Positions 1 to 10,268 of a DNA stretch of 64,000 nucleotides are shown piece after piece. The DNA comes from Bacteroidales bacterium. Its GTDB lineage: Bacteria; Bacteroidota; Bacteroidia; Bacteroidales; Prolixibacteraceae. The DNA lies in assembly GCA_015654795.1 (NCBI GenBank), contig JAATGF010000062.1, positions 8,102 through 72,101 of the forward strand, given 5' to 3'. The position numbers and the translations under genes are program-made. The notes below the pieces were generated by a model. That model did not search any database. It was not told the origin of the DNA and worked only from the letters and a program-made list of their open reading frames with translations. Each line of letters starts with the position of its first letter. Within the stretch, counting starts at the first letter, position 1.

Positions 1-81
1 CGAGCAATGACTTTTGATATGCCTGTTGATTCGTTTGAACAATACCTCAAAAAAGAGCTCCATGAAAAATTACCTGAATAA
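1..81 (+). CDS. 3' end of an upstream tra-operon gene, truncated by the window edge (identity not assignable)
   Basis: Frame 1 is open from base 1 (RAMTFDMPVDSFEQYLKKELHEKLPE*) to TAA at 79-81. It overlaps the traM ATG at 62, which fits the tight packing of Bacteroidetes tra operons. It is too short to name. Confidence 0.3.
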   Translation, partial: RAMTFDMPVDSFEQYLKKELHEKLPE

Positions 82-1291
82 AAACTGGCCGTTACTTTTT
101 CTTCCCTTTATTGTGATTCCCTTTATCATCCTGATTTTTTACATCCTGGGAGGAGGAAAGGCCCCCGCAAGCGGGAAAGAGGAGTCAAAACCAGTCGCCG
201 GGAAAGTTGCGGTTAACTACAGCCTTCCCGAAGCGGACCGCACGATCGGGATTGTTGACAAGATGGAAGCCGTGCAGGCGCAGGCCCAAAGTTTCGGAAC
301 GCAGGACTACTATATCGGGGCAGAGAACACTTCATCTGTTGTAACATCAGAAAAAGACAGCACCTCTGAACCGGATGAAGCGCAAAATCAGGAGGCAGCA
401 AAGGCATGCAGATCCGGTCTCAATGATCAAACTGATCAGGGTATCCCGGATAACCTGATGGCTCATATCCGAAAACAGGAAGCGCAGGTAAAACTGGAGT
501 TGCAACAGGCAGCCGGTAATACGAGCGTTGGTGCAAAAGGAGAAATACTCAGGAATGCGGATCAATCCCGTTCAACTGACAATTCCAATACTAACAAGCA
601 AAGTGAATTGAAATCTGTGACATCAAAGATCAATCATGGTTCAACAGATATTGAACAGCTGGATGCACTGTTTGACAGGAGCCTTGCGCTTGCACGTCAA
701 AACGATTCACTGAATATCCGTTTACAGGAAGTGAATCTAAGAGAACAGCAAAGAGCTGCAAAAGAAACCCAATATTACACGCTTGATAAAGCGAAGAACA
801 ATAATACAACCCCGGAAAAATTAAAAGAATCCGCAACAGGCGCTATCCCGGCAGAGATTTATGAGACGGCAACAGTACTAACAGGTAACCGTGTCAGGAT
901 ACGGTTACTCGGGGATACAAGACTCAACGGCAGGATGATCCCGCGTAACACGTTTGTGTATGGCATCTGCCGGACAGACAATGAAAGACTACAGATTGAA
1001 GTGCAGCAGATACAGGTGGGTGGTCAGTTTATCCCCGTTAAGATCACAGTCTGTGATCTGGACGGACTGCCGGGACTTTACGTGCCTGACAATGTATCGA
1101 GGAAAATCACCAAAGAGGTTGGAAGTGGTACCAACACCTCTTCGATGGTTGGTTTTACGGGCAATCCGCTCGCTTATGCCGGTGTTCAGGCTGCTGATCG
1201 TGCCGCCAGATCGGTGTTGCAGGTAATCAAACAGAAAAAGGTAACCATTAAGAAAAATACACTTGTTTACCTGATTAACAAAAATAAATAA
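62..1291 (+). CDS. traM: Conjugative transposon protein TraM
   Basis: ORF 14..1291, with the likely ATG at 62. MKNYLNKNWPLLFLPFIVIPFIILIFYILGGG is an N-terminal TM helix, followed by a low-complexity/coiled middle. The conserved C-terminal block RVRIRLLGD..VYGICR..ERLQIEVQQIQVGGQFIPVKITVCDLDGLPGLYVPD is typical of Bacteroidetes TraM. It lies directly upstream of traN. Confidence 0.85.
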   Translation: MKNYLNKNWPLLFLPFIVIPFIILIFYILGGGKAPASGKEESKPVAGKVAVNYSLPEADRTIGIVDKMEAVQAQAQSFGTQDYYIGAENTSSVVTSEKDSTSEPDEAQNQEAAKACRSGLNDQTDQGIPDNLMAHIRKQEAQVKLELQQAAGNTSVGAKGEILRNADQSRSTDNSNTNKQSELKSVTSKINHGSTDIEQLDALFDRSLALARQNDSLNIRLQEVNLREQQRAAKETQYYTLDKAKNNNTTPEKLKESATGAIPAEIYETATVLTGNRVRIRLLGDTRLNGRMIPRNTFVYGICRTDNERLQIEVQQIQVGGQFIPVKITVCDLDGLPGLYVPDNVSRKITKEVGSGTNTSSMVGFTGNPLAYAGVQAADRAARSVLQVIKQKKVTIKKNTLVYLINKNK

Positions 1292-1310
1292 TCATTTAAA
1301 AATCAAACCA

Positions 1311-2222
1311 ATGAAACAAGTATTTTCAAAAAACACAATATGGAAATCAAATATTCTTGTACGGGTTTTTCCGATAGTTCTGAACAGACTATCCGATCTT
1401 GGAAAGTCAAATTATTTCAGAATAAAACGAATACTGATCATTTTCCTGTTTTCAATTTCTACCCTGATCTGTTCAGCCCAGAACATCCTGCAGCTATCCG
1501 ATAAAAAAAGTGTCCACGTGGTCTGTCCCGATAAAGTGCTTTATGTCAGTTGTGGAGACGATTCCGAAATCCAGGCAGAGATTCTTCCCGAACTCTCCAA
1601 TATTGTCCGGGTAAAAGCATTGCACCCTTTTGAAGGACAAACCTCCCTGACGGTGGTTTGTGCCGGGCGCATTTATTCCGTGGCTGCACAGTTTGGCAGC
1701 TGTGATGTGCTGACTTACCAGCTGGAGTCACTGCCATCTGAAAAAGCCTTCCCTTTTTCCGGCAAACTGATGCCCGATGAAAGTTTAAAAGGCGTTAGTG
1801 ACCAGGTTTTATCCCGCAAACGAAATCATACCGTGCATCGGAGTGCCAGGAAAAACGGGATACTGATGGAAGTCAGAGGTATATCTATCAAAGGAGATGC
1901 TCTTTTCCTGGCAATTCAGGTTACAAACCATACCAATATGGCATTCGATGTCGGGGCGTTTAACTTCTGGATTGCAGACAAAAGGCAGCAGAAAGCCACC
2001 AATGTGCAGGAATACCAGCTGACTCCAGATTATGCCCGTTTTGAACTCAAACGGGTTCCGGCACGGGGGCGAGCCAGTGAAGTCTTTGTGATTGAAAAAC
2101 TGACAATTCCCGATAAACGGATTCTAAGGATCGAAATAATCGAAAAATCCACCGGAAACACAGGCCGTAAACTTACCCTTGAGCTCAAAAACAGGGATTT
2201 GCGCAAAGCCGCAATGCTTTAA
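1311..2222 (+). CDS. traN: Conjugative transposon protein TraN (DUF4138 family)
   Basis: 303-aa ORF with an N-terminal hydrophobic segment. The block VHVVCPDKVLYVSCGDDSEIQAEILPELSNIVRVKALHPFEGQTSLTVVCAGRIYSV matches the TraN/DUF4138 pattern. Its position after traM is supportive. Confidence 0.8.
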   Translation: MKQVFSKNTIWKSNILVRVFPIVLNRLSDLGKSNYFRIKRILIIFLFSISTLICSAQNILQLSDKKSVHVVCPDKVLYVSCGDDSEIQAEILPELSNIVRVKALHPFEGQTSLTVVCAGRIYSVAAQFGSCDVLTYQLESLPSEKAFPFSGKLMPDESLKGVSDQVLSRKRNHTVHRSARKNGILMEVRGISIKGDALFLAIQVTNHTNMAFDVGAFNFWIADKRQQKATNVQEYQLTPDYARFELKRVPARGRASEVFVIEKLTIPDKRILRIEIIEKSTGNTGRKLTLELKNRDLRKAAML

Positions 2223-2320
2223 AACGAATGACTTTAGGATGTTATCAGGCAGACTGTTAGCTTATCAACTGTTCGTTTGTCGACTAATTATTTTACAATT
2301 CTGATCCGCCAAAAATAAAA

Positions 2321-4297
2321 ATGATGAGTACTACCGAGGATAAAGAGCTGATCAAACTGCATGAAGGGTTCCGGTTTTTCAGTTACCTGCTGCTGATCCT
2401 GTCACTGTACCTGAATCAGCGAAGTTACATGGAGAGCAAAGGAATTATGATCTCGGAGTTTACCCCTCTGGTGGATAAGCTTTTGCAAATGAGATTTCTG
2501 TCAGGGATTTATCTCTCTAAAACGGTCTGCCTGTTTTTTCTGATGGTGACCTGTATCGGTACAAAGGCTGCCAAAGAGCGGGAACTGACTGTATCAAAGA
2601 TCATCATACAGGTTCTTTCGGGACTGATATTCTACTGGGGCAGCCTGCTGTTTTTTGATAGATTCCCGCTTTGGTATATCCTGCTGTCGTTTAGCGGTTT
2701 TGTAATTCTGAATATCGGTTTTGATAATATTTCAAAACTAATCAATGTCAATTTGATGAAAGACCGCTTTAATGTTGAGAACGAAAGTTTTTTACAACAG
2801 GAGAAATTAATGGAGAATATTTATTCGGTTAACCTGCAGACGAATTACCTCTACAGGGGAGAGTTTCGTGAAGGCTGGATCAATATTGTGAACCCGTTTC
2901 GGGCTACGATGGTGATAGGAACACCCGGCTCGGGTAAATCGTTTTCCGTGGTGCTCCCCTTTATCCGGCAGCATTTGCACAAAGGTTTTTCGATGTGTGT
3001 CTATGATTTTAAATACCCGGACCTGTCTGTTGTGGCCTATAACCGTTTTCTGGCTGCCAAAGCAAAGGGACGGTTACCGAAACCCGCCAGGTTTTTTGTG
3101 ATCAATTTTGATGATATCCGTAAGTCTTACCGCTGCAATCCGCTTGCTCCTGAACTCATGGAAAGCCCCATTGATGCTTTTGAATCCTCCCGGACGATCC
3201 TTTATAACCTGAACCGGGAATGGATACGCAGGCAGGGTGAGTTCTTTTCCGAATCAGCGGTCAGTTTTTTTGCTGCAGTGATCTGGTTCCTGAAAAAATA
3301 CAGGGAGGGGATTTACTGCACACTGCCCCATGCCATCGAACTGCTTCAGCTCGATTATGATGAACTCTTTGAAGTACTGTCCACAGAAAAGGATGTGGTC
3401 AACGTAATCAACCCGTTTGTCAATGCCTACAAACGTGAAGCGAGCGAGCAGCTGGAAGGTCAGCTGGGAAGTCTTAAGATTGCCATCTCGAAGATCATCA
3501 GCCCTGAGATCTATTGGATCTGTTCCGGTAATGATTTTTCACTGGATATTAACAACCCGGAGCAGCCAAAGGTGCTGTGCCTGGCCAATAACCCCCTTCG
3601 CGTGGAGATGTATGGAGCAGTACTTTCTCTTTTCATTACCCGGATGCTCAAGGTAATCAATCGCAAAGGGCAATGCCCGTCATCGCTGATCTTTGATGAG
3701 CTGCCAACTATCTACTTCAGGGGACTGGATACACTGATCGCGACAGCACGAAATAACCGGATTTCCACTTTGATGGGAGTTCAGACGGTTGATCAGCTGA
3801 TCCGGGATTACGGGAAGGAACAGGCCAATGCCATCCTGACCAATATTGGGAATATCCTTTCTGGACAGGCATCGGGTGAGACGGCCCGGTTTATCCAGGG
3901 ACGTATGGGCAAGATCCTCCAGGAACGGCAATCGGTCAATATCAATCAGAATACACAGTCATCAACCTTTTCAACACAGCTTGATTTTCTGGTACCCGAA
4001 GGAAAGATTGCCACACTGCCACAGGGTTGCATGGTCGGACAGGTAGCGGATAACTTCGGAGAGGTTATTTCGCAAAAGAACTTCAACTGCCAGATCTGTG
4101 CCGACACCGAAGAACTGGCAAGGGAAGAAAAGAGGTACTGGGAGATACCTGATTTTTATCATTTTGATGATATCAGAGAGGTACTGGAAAGGAACCGCAA
4201 CCGGATTTATAATGAGATACAAACCCTGGTCTCGCAAATCCGAAAAGCAAAATCTGTTGCAAAACTGACTGATAACCAAAATAACAAGCCCTTTTAA
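2321..4297 (+). CDS. Type IV coupling protein (VirD4/TraD/TraG-family conjugative DNA-transfer ATPase)
   Basis: 658 aa with several N-terminal TM helices, Walker A GTPGSGKS and a Walker-B-like SSLIFDELPT. It lies between the tra genes and the relaxase. Confidence 0.85.
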   Translation: MMSTTEDKELIKLHEGFRFFSYLLLILSLYLNQRSYMESKGIMISEFTPLVDKLLQMRFLSGIYLSKTVCLFFLMVTCIGTKAAKERELTVSKIIIQVLSGLIFYWGSLLFFDRFPLWYILLSFSGFVILNIGFDNISKLINVNLMKDRFNVENESFLQQEKLMENIYSVNLQTNYLYRGEFREGWINIVNPFRATMVIGTPGSGKSFSVVLPFIRQHLHKGFSMCVYDFKYPDLSVVAYNRFLAAKAKGRLPKPARFFVINFDDIRKSYRCNPLAPELMESPIDAFESSRTILYNLNREWIRRQGEFFSESAVSFFAAVIWFLKKYREGIYCTLPHAIELLQLDYDELFEVLSTEKDVVNVINPFVNAYKREASEQLEGQLGSLKIAISKIISPEIYWICSGNDFSLDINNPEQPKVLCLANNPLRVEMYGAVLSLFITRMLKVINRKGQCPSSLIFDELPTIYFRGLDTLIATARNNRISTLMGVQTVDQLIRDYGKEQANAILTNIGNILSGQASGETARFIQGRMGKILQERQSVNINQNTQSSTFSTQLDFLVPEGKIATLPQGCMVGQVADNFGEVISQKNFNCQICADTEELAREEKRYWEIPDFYHFDDIREVLERNRNRIYNEIQTLVSQIRKAKSVAKLTDNQNNKPF

Positions 4298-4336
4298 GAT
4301 GTGTGGTTTTTATTAATTTTTAAAAAATGAAGTGTT

Positions 4337-5017
4337 ATGGAACAAAAGACAAGAATGACCATTGATGAGGTTCCGTATGACAAGCTGGAAAAAGCGGGAA
4401 TTGACCGCAACTTTATCTCCAGGATGGAACCCAAAGAACTCAACGATTTTCTGAACGGATTCCGTTCGGAAAAGCTCTACACGGTAAATGCCCGGATCAA
4501 TGATGAAGAGCACCGGATTCCGGCAAAGCTGCGTTTACAGAAAGAGGAGGACGGATCGGTCTCTGTAAAGGTGCACCCGATTCAGCGTCTCTCGATACCC
4601 GATGAATACATGGGACATACCTTTAGCAAACAGGAGAAGGCATCTTTGCTGAACGACAAAAACCTGGGGCAGACCATTGAGCTGACCAATAAAAAAGGTG
4701 CAAAGGAGAACTATTACCTGAGCATTGATCCAAAAACCAATGAATTGGTACCACTCAAGACGAAGCAGATCCAGGTCCCTGACAAAATCAAGGGAACGAC
4801 ACTCTCCGCAGAGCAGAAAGATCAGCTGGCAGCCGGTCATAAGGTAACAGTTAACGGGATGACAGGGAAGAACGAAAAAAAATTTGCAGCAACTCTTCAG
4901 GTCGATGCGGCCTCGAGGAAGATCGGCTTTTCAGAATTCAAACAGGAAGCATCCGAAGCGGCCAAACAAGCAAACAAGGAAGAAACCAAAAAAAGTGCGA
5001 AACTAAAAGTTAGCTGA
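4337..5017 (+). CDS. DUF4099/DUF3945-like conjugative-element protein
   Basis: 226 aa. The N-terminus (YDKLEKAGIDRNFISRMEPKELNDFLNGFRSEKLY) and the later block (IKGTTLSAEQKDQLAAGHKVTVNGMTGKNEKKFAATLQVD) resemble the DUF4099 + DUF3945 pair common on Bacteroides conjugative transposons. The call is from memory of those motifs only. Confidence 0.5.
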   Translation: MEQKTRMTIDEVPYDKLEKAGIDRNFISRMEPKELNDFLNGFRSEKLYTVNARINDEEHRIPAKLRLQKEEDGSVSVKVHPIQRLSIPDEYMGHTFSKQEKASLLNDKNLGQTIELTNKKGAKENYYLSIDPKTNELVPLKTKQIQVPDKIKGTTLSAEQKDQLAAGHKVTVNGMTGKNEKKFAATLQVDAASRKIGFSEFKQEASEAAKQANKEETKKSAKLKVS

Positions 5018-5268
5018 TCCGAATGTCAAAAATGAAAAGGGTAGTACGAGTGAAAAGGAGGGGAACTTGTATAGTGAGATTTCCCTCTTTTTTCGCATAA
5101 GAGCAACCCCTCTTGGAAAGGTATGGAGATCGATCGAAGAGGACAATGCAAGATGTGTTTTTGTATGCACAAAAACCTTTTGATCGTTCCTGGCGGGGCC
5201 TTTAATTTTCTTCGAAAATTTTTGTTAAACCAATCCATTGCTCAGTTTAAATAGTAAAATAAAAAACC
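5018..5268 (+). promoter_or_regulatory. Candidate oriT / mob promoter region
   Basis: A 250-nt non-coding gap immediately upstream of the relaxosome genes. It contains a perfect 8-bp inverted repeat with a 4-nt loop (gtttttgt atgc acaaaaac, 5157-5176). No nick site could be identified. Confidence 0.25.
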
Positions 5269-5652
5269 ATGAGACCAAGATTATCTGAAAACAAAAAACG
5301 GAATAGACCATTGATCATCCGTGTTTCAAGGGAGGAGAAAATCCGGATAAAAAGTCATACCCGGATTGGAAAGTATGCGTGTATGAGTGATTTTATCAGA
5401 ACACGGCTTTTTAATTCCAATAAAAAAGTAATCTCCCTGGATGAAGAGGCTTCTGCTCAAATAAAGAGGTTGGATTATGAGCTGAACAAAATCGGTGTCA
5501 ACCTTAACCAGATTGCCAAAAAGATCAATTCTCAGAATGTATCCCAGTTTACATCCGATGACAGGGCGGTTTTCGAACAGATTTTGCAGGAACACCTAAA
5601 TTGCTATTCTGTATTACAAAAATATATGGAGAAAGTTGAATCAGGTAAATAA
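5269..5652 (+). CDS. Relaxosome accessory protein, MobC/MbeC type (PF05713-like)
   Basis: 127 aa with the hallmark LNKIGVNLNQIAKKIN motif (..IGnNlNQiAr..N). It lies directly upstream of the relaxase. Confidence 0.8.
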   Translation: MRPRLSENKKRNRPLIIRVSREEKIRIKSHTRIGKYACMSDFIRTRLFNSNKKVISLDEEASAQIKRLDYELNKIGVNLNQIAKKINSQNVSQFTSDDRAVFEQILQEHLNCYSVLQKYMEKVESGK

Positions 5653-5734
5653 TTGAAATTTAACTCAGATCAGAAAGAAACCTAATTGATTTTTGTGATT
5701 CTGCCGATTGTTCGAACACTACAAATATGAGAAT

Positions 5735-7330
5735 ATGGTAATTGTGATTCATCAGACTGCCGATACACCGAACGCACTTCTTTACAATGAGCAGAAAGTA
5801 ACGGAAGGTTTGGCTACGTATTTTCACAGTTCCAATACAGAGTCCTCAAATCCTTTTTTGTATGACCACAATTATCGATTGAATGCCCTTCTTGATATTG
5901 AAAACCGAAATACCCGTTCGATAAACAAATGCCTTCATATCTCCGTTAACCCATCAAAATCAGATAGTCTGGTTTTGGATGACAAAACGATCCGTCTGGA
6001 AATCAGACAGATGATGGAACATATGGGCTACGGGAACCAGCCTTATTTTGTCTATAAACACAAAGATTTGGACAGGGTGCATTACCATGTCGTTTCAACG
6101 AGGATTGATAAAGAGACCGGTAAAAAGATCAAGGACAATTATGAACAGGAAAAAATGCAGCGGTTTATCCAAGGCCTGGAACAGAAATACGATCTCAAAC
6201 AAGAAGAACCCAAATCGCAGCTCAGGCAAAACGACTTTACGCTCAATGCAACCTGTTCTGACCTGAAAGCAAGGGTAGAAGAAATATTTCGGTTACTGAA
6301 CCAATCTGCAGGTATAGAAAATGAGACGATGTATCGGGATATCTTGAGCGCTTTTCATTTACAAATCAACAGGTCGGGCAGGGGAGAAGTTGTAGCTGTA
6401 ACAGACGATGAGAATAAAACAATTAGAAATCCGCTACGCATTTCAGAACTTAAAGAACGGATAAAAATCCTTGAGACTGAAAACAGACCGGAAAAAGAAT
6501 TGGTAAAGCAAGTAGAAGAGCAGGTTACCTCCGGTTTTAAGGAATTATTTAAAAAATATCGTTTCTGTGATGCACAGAACGCAGCCCTTGAGTTAAAAAA
6601 AAAGGGTCTTTTTCTGTTCCGATCTTCTGAATCGGGCAACTACAAAATCTACCATCCAGACAATAAGATGGTGTTCAGCAATCCGTTTCTGATTGATAAA
6701 CAGTTGATCAGACTCGACTATTTCAATCTAACAAACCAGGATTTTTACGCCATCATCAAAGATTACAATCGTGCTCTCGCTGAAAAGTTTCGGTTTGTCA
6801 CAGAAGGGCTGATTGATTACGAAAAGGTTTCTATGTTGGAATTGAAAAATCGGGAAAATAATGTTCCATTCAAAGAAATTAAACTGTCTGAAAGCAAAGA
6901 GTTTAATCGGATAACCTCCGGTATGGACGACCTGTCAAAGAGTTTTACAGAATCCGCGATCAAAGATTATTACTGTTATTCCATCCATAGAATTATTGAA
7001 ACGGAACAACGGATCAATCAGTATGACTTTTACCGGGAATATAACCAGAACCGGAAATCATTGAAGCCGGGTCTTACAAAGGATCTGGCAGAAAAGTATA
7101 ATGTGGTGAAAACAGAAGATCAATATTACCTTAACAATCATCCGTCCGCAATTCAAGAGGTCAGTCTGAACCCTGAACAGCTGATATTCCATCTTGATCA
7201 AAAGAACTTTTTTGCAGGACCAATCCTTGAGATGCTTCGGTTAATGCCTTGGTACAATAATGAAAAAGAGCGTGGTAACAGGAAGCAAAAGTTGAAGAGG
7301 AAGAAGAAAGGACTGGCAAAGAGGATTTGA
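5735..7330 (+). CDS. Relaxase/mobilisation nuclease domain protein
   Basis: ORF 5708..7330 starts at TTG, and the first ATG is at 5735 (MVIVIHQ). The histidine-triad region HKDLDRVHYHVVSTRID follows the relaxase PF03432 pattern. The C-terminal tail is basic. Confidence 0.85.
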   Translation: MVIVIHQTADTPNALLYNEQKVTEGLATYFHSSNTESSNPFLYDHNYRLNALLDIENRNTRSINKCLHISVNPSKSDSLVLDDKTIRLEIRQMMEHMGYGNQPYFVYKHKDLDRVHYHVVSTRIDKETGKKIKDNYEQEKMQRFIQGLEQKYDLKQEEPKSQLRQNDFTLNATCSDLKARVEEIFRLLNQSAGIENETMYRDILSAFHLQINRSGRGEVVAVTDDENKTIRNPLRISELKERIKILETENRPEKELVKQVEEQVTSGFKELFKKYRFCDAQNAALELKKKGLFLFRSSESGNYKIYHPDNKMVFSNPFLIDKQLIRLDYFNLTNQDFYAIIKDYNRALAEKFRFVTEGLIDYEKVSMLELKNRENNVPFKEIKLSESKEFNRITSGMDDLSKSFTESAIKDYYCYSIHRIIETEQRINQYDFYREYNQNRKSLKPGLTKDLAEKYNVVKTEDQYYLNNHPSAIQEVSLNPEQLIFHLDQKNFFAGPILEMLRLMPWYNNEKERGNRKQKLKRKKKGLAKRI

Positions 7331-7710
7331 AGGTATATCCTGAATGTTTGATTATCTATGCCAAATGTTTTTCCCTTGCTTTAGGATAAATTTCTCATTT
7401 ATTCTTGTTTTATCAAATAACCGTCAAATAAGCTTTGTTTTGAATTTCAAATAGTTTTGAGTTTTGTGTTTAATTTTAAGGCTTCTTCATCAAATAATAA
7501 TCAAAAAAATCGGTCGCCAGTTTTTTTTTTAAGGTGACTGATTGGCCGGTTTTTATCTTTTGTCAAATAACAGATAAATAAGAAATAAGCAATCTTGTAT
7601 CCTTTTTGAATAACTTCTCTCTAAAATTTTTCCTTCAATAATCTCAGCAAATGCTTCCCTTTTTCAGTAATCAAATATCTTTGATTTGGGGTTGGTGGAT
7701 TTCCGGGGTA

Positions 7711-8665
7711 CTACATTTTAACCCAACCGTAATCAAGCAACGGATCTAAGTACTTTTTTCTGTTTGTAGTATGATTGGTCAGGCCAATTGCTTCCAGTAT
7801 TTCTTCCCTCTTTGTCGGCTCCTTTACAATTTTCAGAATAACTGCAACTTTCTCATACACAAATGCATTAAGAATTGAAAGAGCTTGGTCACTAGCTTGA
7901 TCGCTAACTTGATCTATCACGTTCGCAGGTAAAGTAGTAAGAAAGTAAATACATTGTTCATCCGTATCAAAAACAGGTTTGGGTGAACTATTTTTTCGCA
8001 TTACTTTGTAGATAGTAGGAAACTCGGTACCTCGTCCTTCAGTTAGGTGCAATTCTTTCAGAAAATCACCAATACGTCTGTTTCTGTAATCTCTCGCAAT
8101 AATTCGCTCCTGTTCCTTTAGAATTTGGGTATCCACGGGCGGCCGGGACCCGGATAACTCAAAATTTCAATTTTATCTGGCCATATCTGAATTTCGGTAG
8201 GTGAGTCTCGCTCTTAACTTTTATGGTAAACGCATTACGGATTACTTCACGAATAGCAATGGCAGGGTATTCCCAACGGTCATTGCGGTAAACGCCAGTG
8301 TAGTCAGTTGTACCTTGTGGGATGTGTCTCAATACAAACTGGTAGGCTTGCTCAGGCTGAAGTCCAACGCTTATATCGATCGTTTTTGGGTCAATGAAGT
8401 TCCCCGGGAGCGCGCCTTTAAATCGTGCACATTCAATTTTGGAATAAGGAAAATATTGTTTCTGTAATTCATCAGACAGCAAAATTAAGGCAAAAGTCGG
8501 AAGATCTTTGCCTTGCTCCGGACGAAAAAGTTCCAACTTTTTTACTGGTTGATGACCAAGGGGAAAGAGGATAAACCATTCTCGATGTCCGACTATAAAA
8601 ACAATGTATAACAACAATTTGATGCTCGAACGATTTATGTGCATGTTTGCTATAAACCCTAACAC
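7711..8665 (-). pseudogene. Decayed AlbA_2/HATPase_c_4 'RecG-like' ATP-binding putative transcriptional regulator (N-terminus missing, at least 2 frameshifts)
   Basis: ORF 8159..8665 carries the central region (..ARFKG..IDISVGLQPEQAYQFVLRHI..YPAIAIREVIRNA). ORF 7711..8136 carries the C-terminal region (RNRRIGDFLKELHLTEGRGTEFPTIYKVM.. plus an HTH-like tail). The expected ..IEILSYPGP.. segment is readable only in a third frame around 8140-8185. Confidence 0.6.
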
Positions 8666-9662
8666 GCCAAAAAATTAAAAAATTGTCAAAAAACTATTGA
8701 ATTACGGCAAAATTGCCGCTTAAAATTTACCGAAGTATTGTACCTTATTATTGTTGGTTCAATCTCCTGTCCTGGGTTTCGATTCAATAACATTTGATTT
8801 TTCGTCACCATTTTGAGCTTTTAGGAATAGTAATTGGAACTATTGAGAATACCATGCATTAATCTTCATTTCATTATTATTCCGGTCATTCATGTTAAGT
8901 TCATGACAAATTTGTTCGATCTCTTATCAAATAAAACCCAATCAGATAACACATCCTTGGAATCGACATATATGCCAAGGGTCGCATAAATTGATCAGTA
9001 TTCAGAGTGCTTCGCAACAAGAACTCCTTCGGTTGATCGACCAGTATCATAACTGGTTGGCATAGGCAAGGATTGATCCTGACATTCACCGTGGAGGCAG
9101 TTAATTGACTGCACAGTGGCTGCTGTGTGGAGCATCATATGTCCACATTTCCTGCGTTTTGTCTGTCTGAAAGCATAGGGCCTGCCCGGGCGTATCAACA
9201 TAGAATCAAATTCGAAAAACGATTTGATTCTGTTGTTACTTTGTTTTCAGGTTTTGGATAAAAATAATCCGGAATAATAATTTTTAGTTGGAGCATACAT
9301 TTTTTTCTTCATAGAAAAGCTGCCCAAAAAGAGCCTGCGCCAGCAGTTCTCTAAACGGCTGAACAATTCAGGGATCCGCCATGCGCCAAGTTTTTTGAAG
9401 GGCTTTCTTTTCTTCAGATTTTACAAACAAAGCATTAGAAGAAAGAAACAAAAGTAAAGGCAGACAATTAAGTTGAAACTGACATTGTCCATCAGTTGAA
9501 TTGTTTTCAGTGTGGACGCAAATATTTTCAATGGTGAAGGGTTACACGGTCATCATCTTACACTAGCGTGTTGAACAATAATCGGTTCGCCTGGATTAAA
9601 AATTATTATTACTTTTGGACTTTAATTTGATGAATTAACCAAATCAAACAGAAAAAGAGGAG

Positions 9663-10268
9663 ATGCTTAAAACCTTCCGATCTACGGAAATAAAGCTTGG
9701 AAATGGAGAAAAAATTGATTTGAATGATTTTTTCAATATCTATTATCCTGAACTTAACTCATTTGCATCAAGGTACATCGTAAACCTGACTGTGTGCGAG
9801 GACATTGTTCAGGAGGTATTTATTTCCTTTTGGGAGAAACAGAAGAGCTTTCCAAACATACAAGCTGTTAAAGCCTTTTTTTACACTTCAACAAGAAATT
9901 CTTGTTTGGACTATCTTAAACACTGTAAAGTTGAAGAAAGGTACCGAGTGCAAAATAAAACTGCAGATGAAACTACTGAATCTTTTTTGGACGAGGTGAT
10001 CAGGAAAGAAGCCTATAGTGAAATCTACTGTGAAATCAATAAACTACCAGAAATGGGTAAAAAAGTTTTGCTACTTTCTCTTCACGAAAACTCAAATGAA
10101 GAGATTGCCAAAATCTTAGATATTGCCATTAACACCGTAAAAACTCATAAAGCAAGAGCCTATAAGGTTTTGCGAAAAAATCTGAATGCGTTATTTCTCT
10201 TCTTTTTCACATTCAGAAAACAATTAATTCAACACTCTTTATTATCAGGAAATCCTCGTTCAAATTGA
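9663..10268 (+). CDS. ECF (sigma-70 family) RNA polymerase sigma factor
   Basis: 201 aa. Region-2-like CEDIVQEVFISFWEK and region-4 HTH NEEIAKILDIAINTVKTHKARAYKVLRKNL. It is followed by a FecR-type anti-sigma factor and an STN-domain SusC. Confidence 0.85.
   Translation: MLKTFRSTEIKLGNGEKIDLNDFFNIYYPELNSFASRYIVNLTVCEDIVQEVFISFWEKQKSFPNIQAVKAFFYTSTRNSCLDYLKHCKVEERYRVQNKTADETTESFLDEVIRKEAYSEIYCEINKLPEMGKKVLLLSLHENSNEEIAKILDIAINTVKTHKARAYKVLRKNLNALFLFFFTFRKQLIQHSLLSGNPRSN

Larger units (their letters stand above)
1..7330 (+). mobile_element. Transfer/mobilisation module of a Bacteroidetes-type integrative conjugative element (continues left of the window)
   Basis: Co-directional traM, traN, type IV coupling protein, DUF3945-like gene, MobC-type accessory gene and relaxase. 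No integrase or att site is visible in the window. Confidence 0.8.

Noticed and set aside
2321-4297. Alternate-frame and antisense ORFs inside the coupling-protein gene (3417..3656, 3680..3931, 3846..4046, 3971..4279)
   Set aside because: All are nested in a 658-aa CDS with clear Walker motifs. None has independent support.
7500-7560. Hairpin aatcggtcgcc / ggtgactgatt flanking a T10 run between the convergent relaxase and regulator pseudogene, considered as a bidirectional terminator
   Set aside because: The T-run sits in the loop rather than after the stem and pairing needs two G-T wobbles. It is plausible but too weak to list as a feature.
8700-9240. Non-coding stretch with a locally GC-richer patch (about 8990-9200), small minus-strand ORFs (62 and 68 aa), an 8-bp hairpin (gaatcaaa/tttgattc, 9203-9230) and a 'ggttcaatctcc' word (about 8756-8767) reminiscent of a tRNA T-arm
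   Set aside because: No cloverleaf or complementary T-stem could be built. The ORFs lack motifs. I could not match the patch to any RNA family or transposase by eye. It may be more decayed element sequence and is worth a BLAST/Infernal check, but it is unsupported here.
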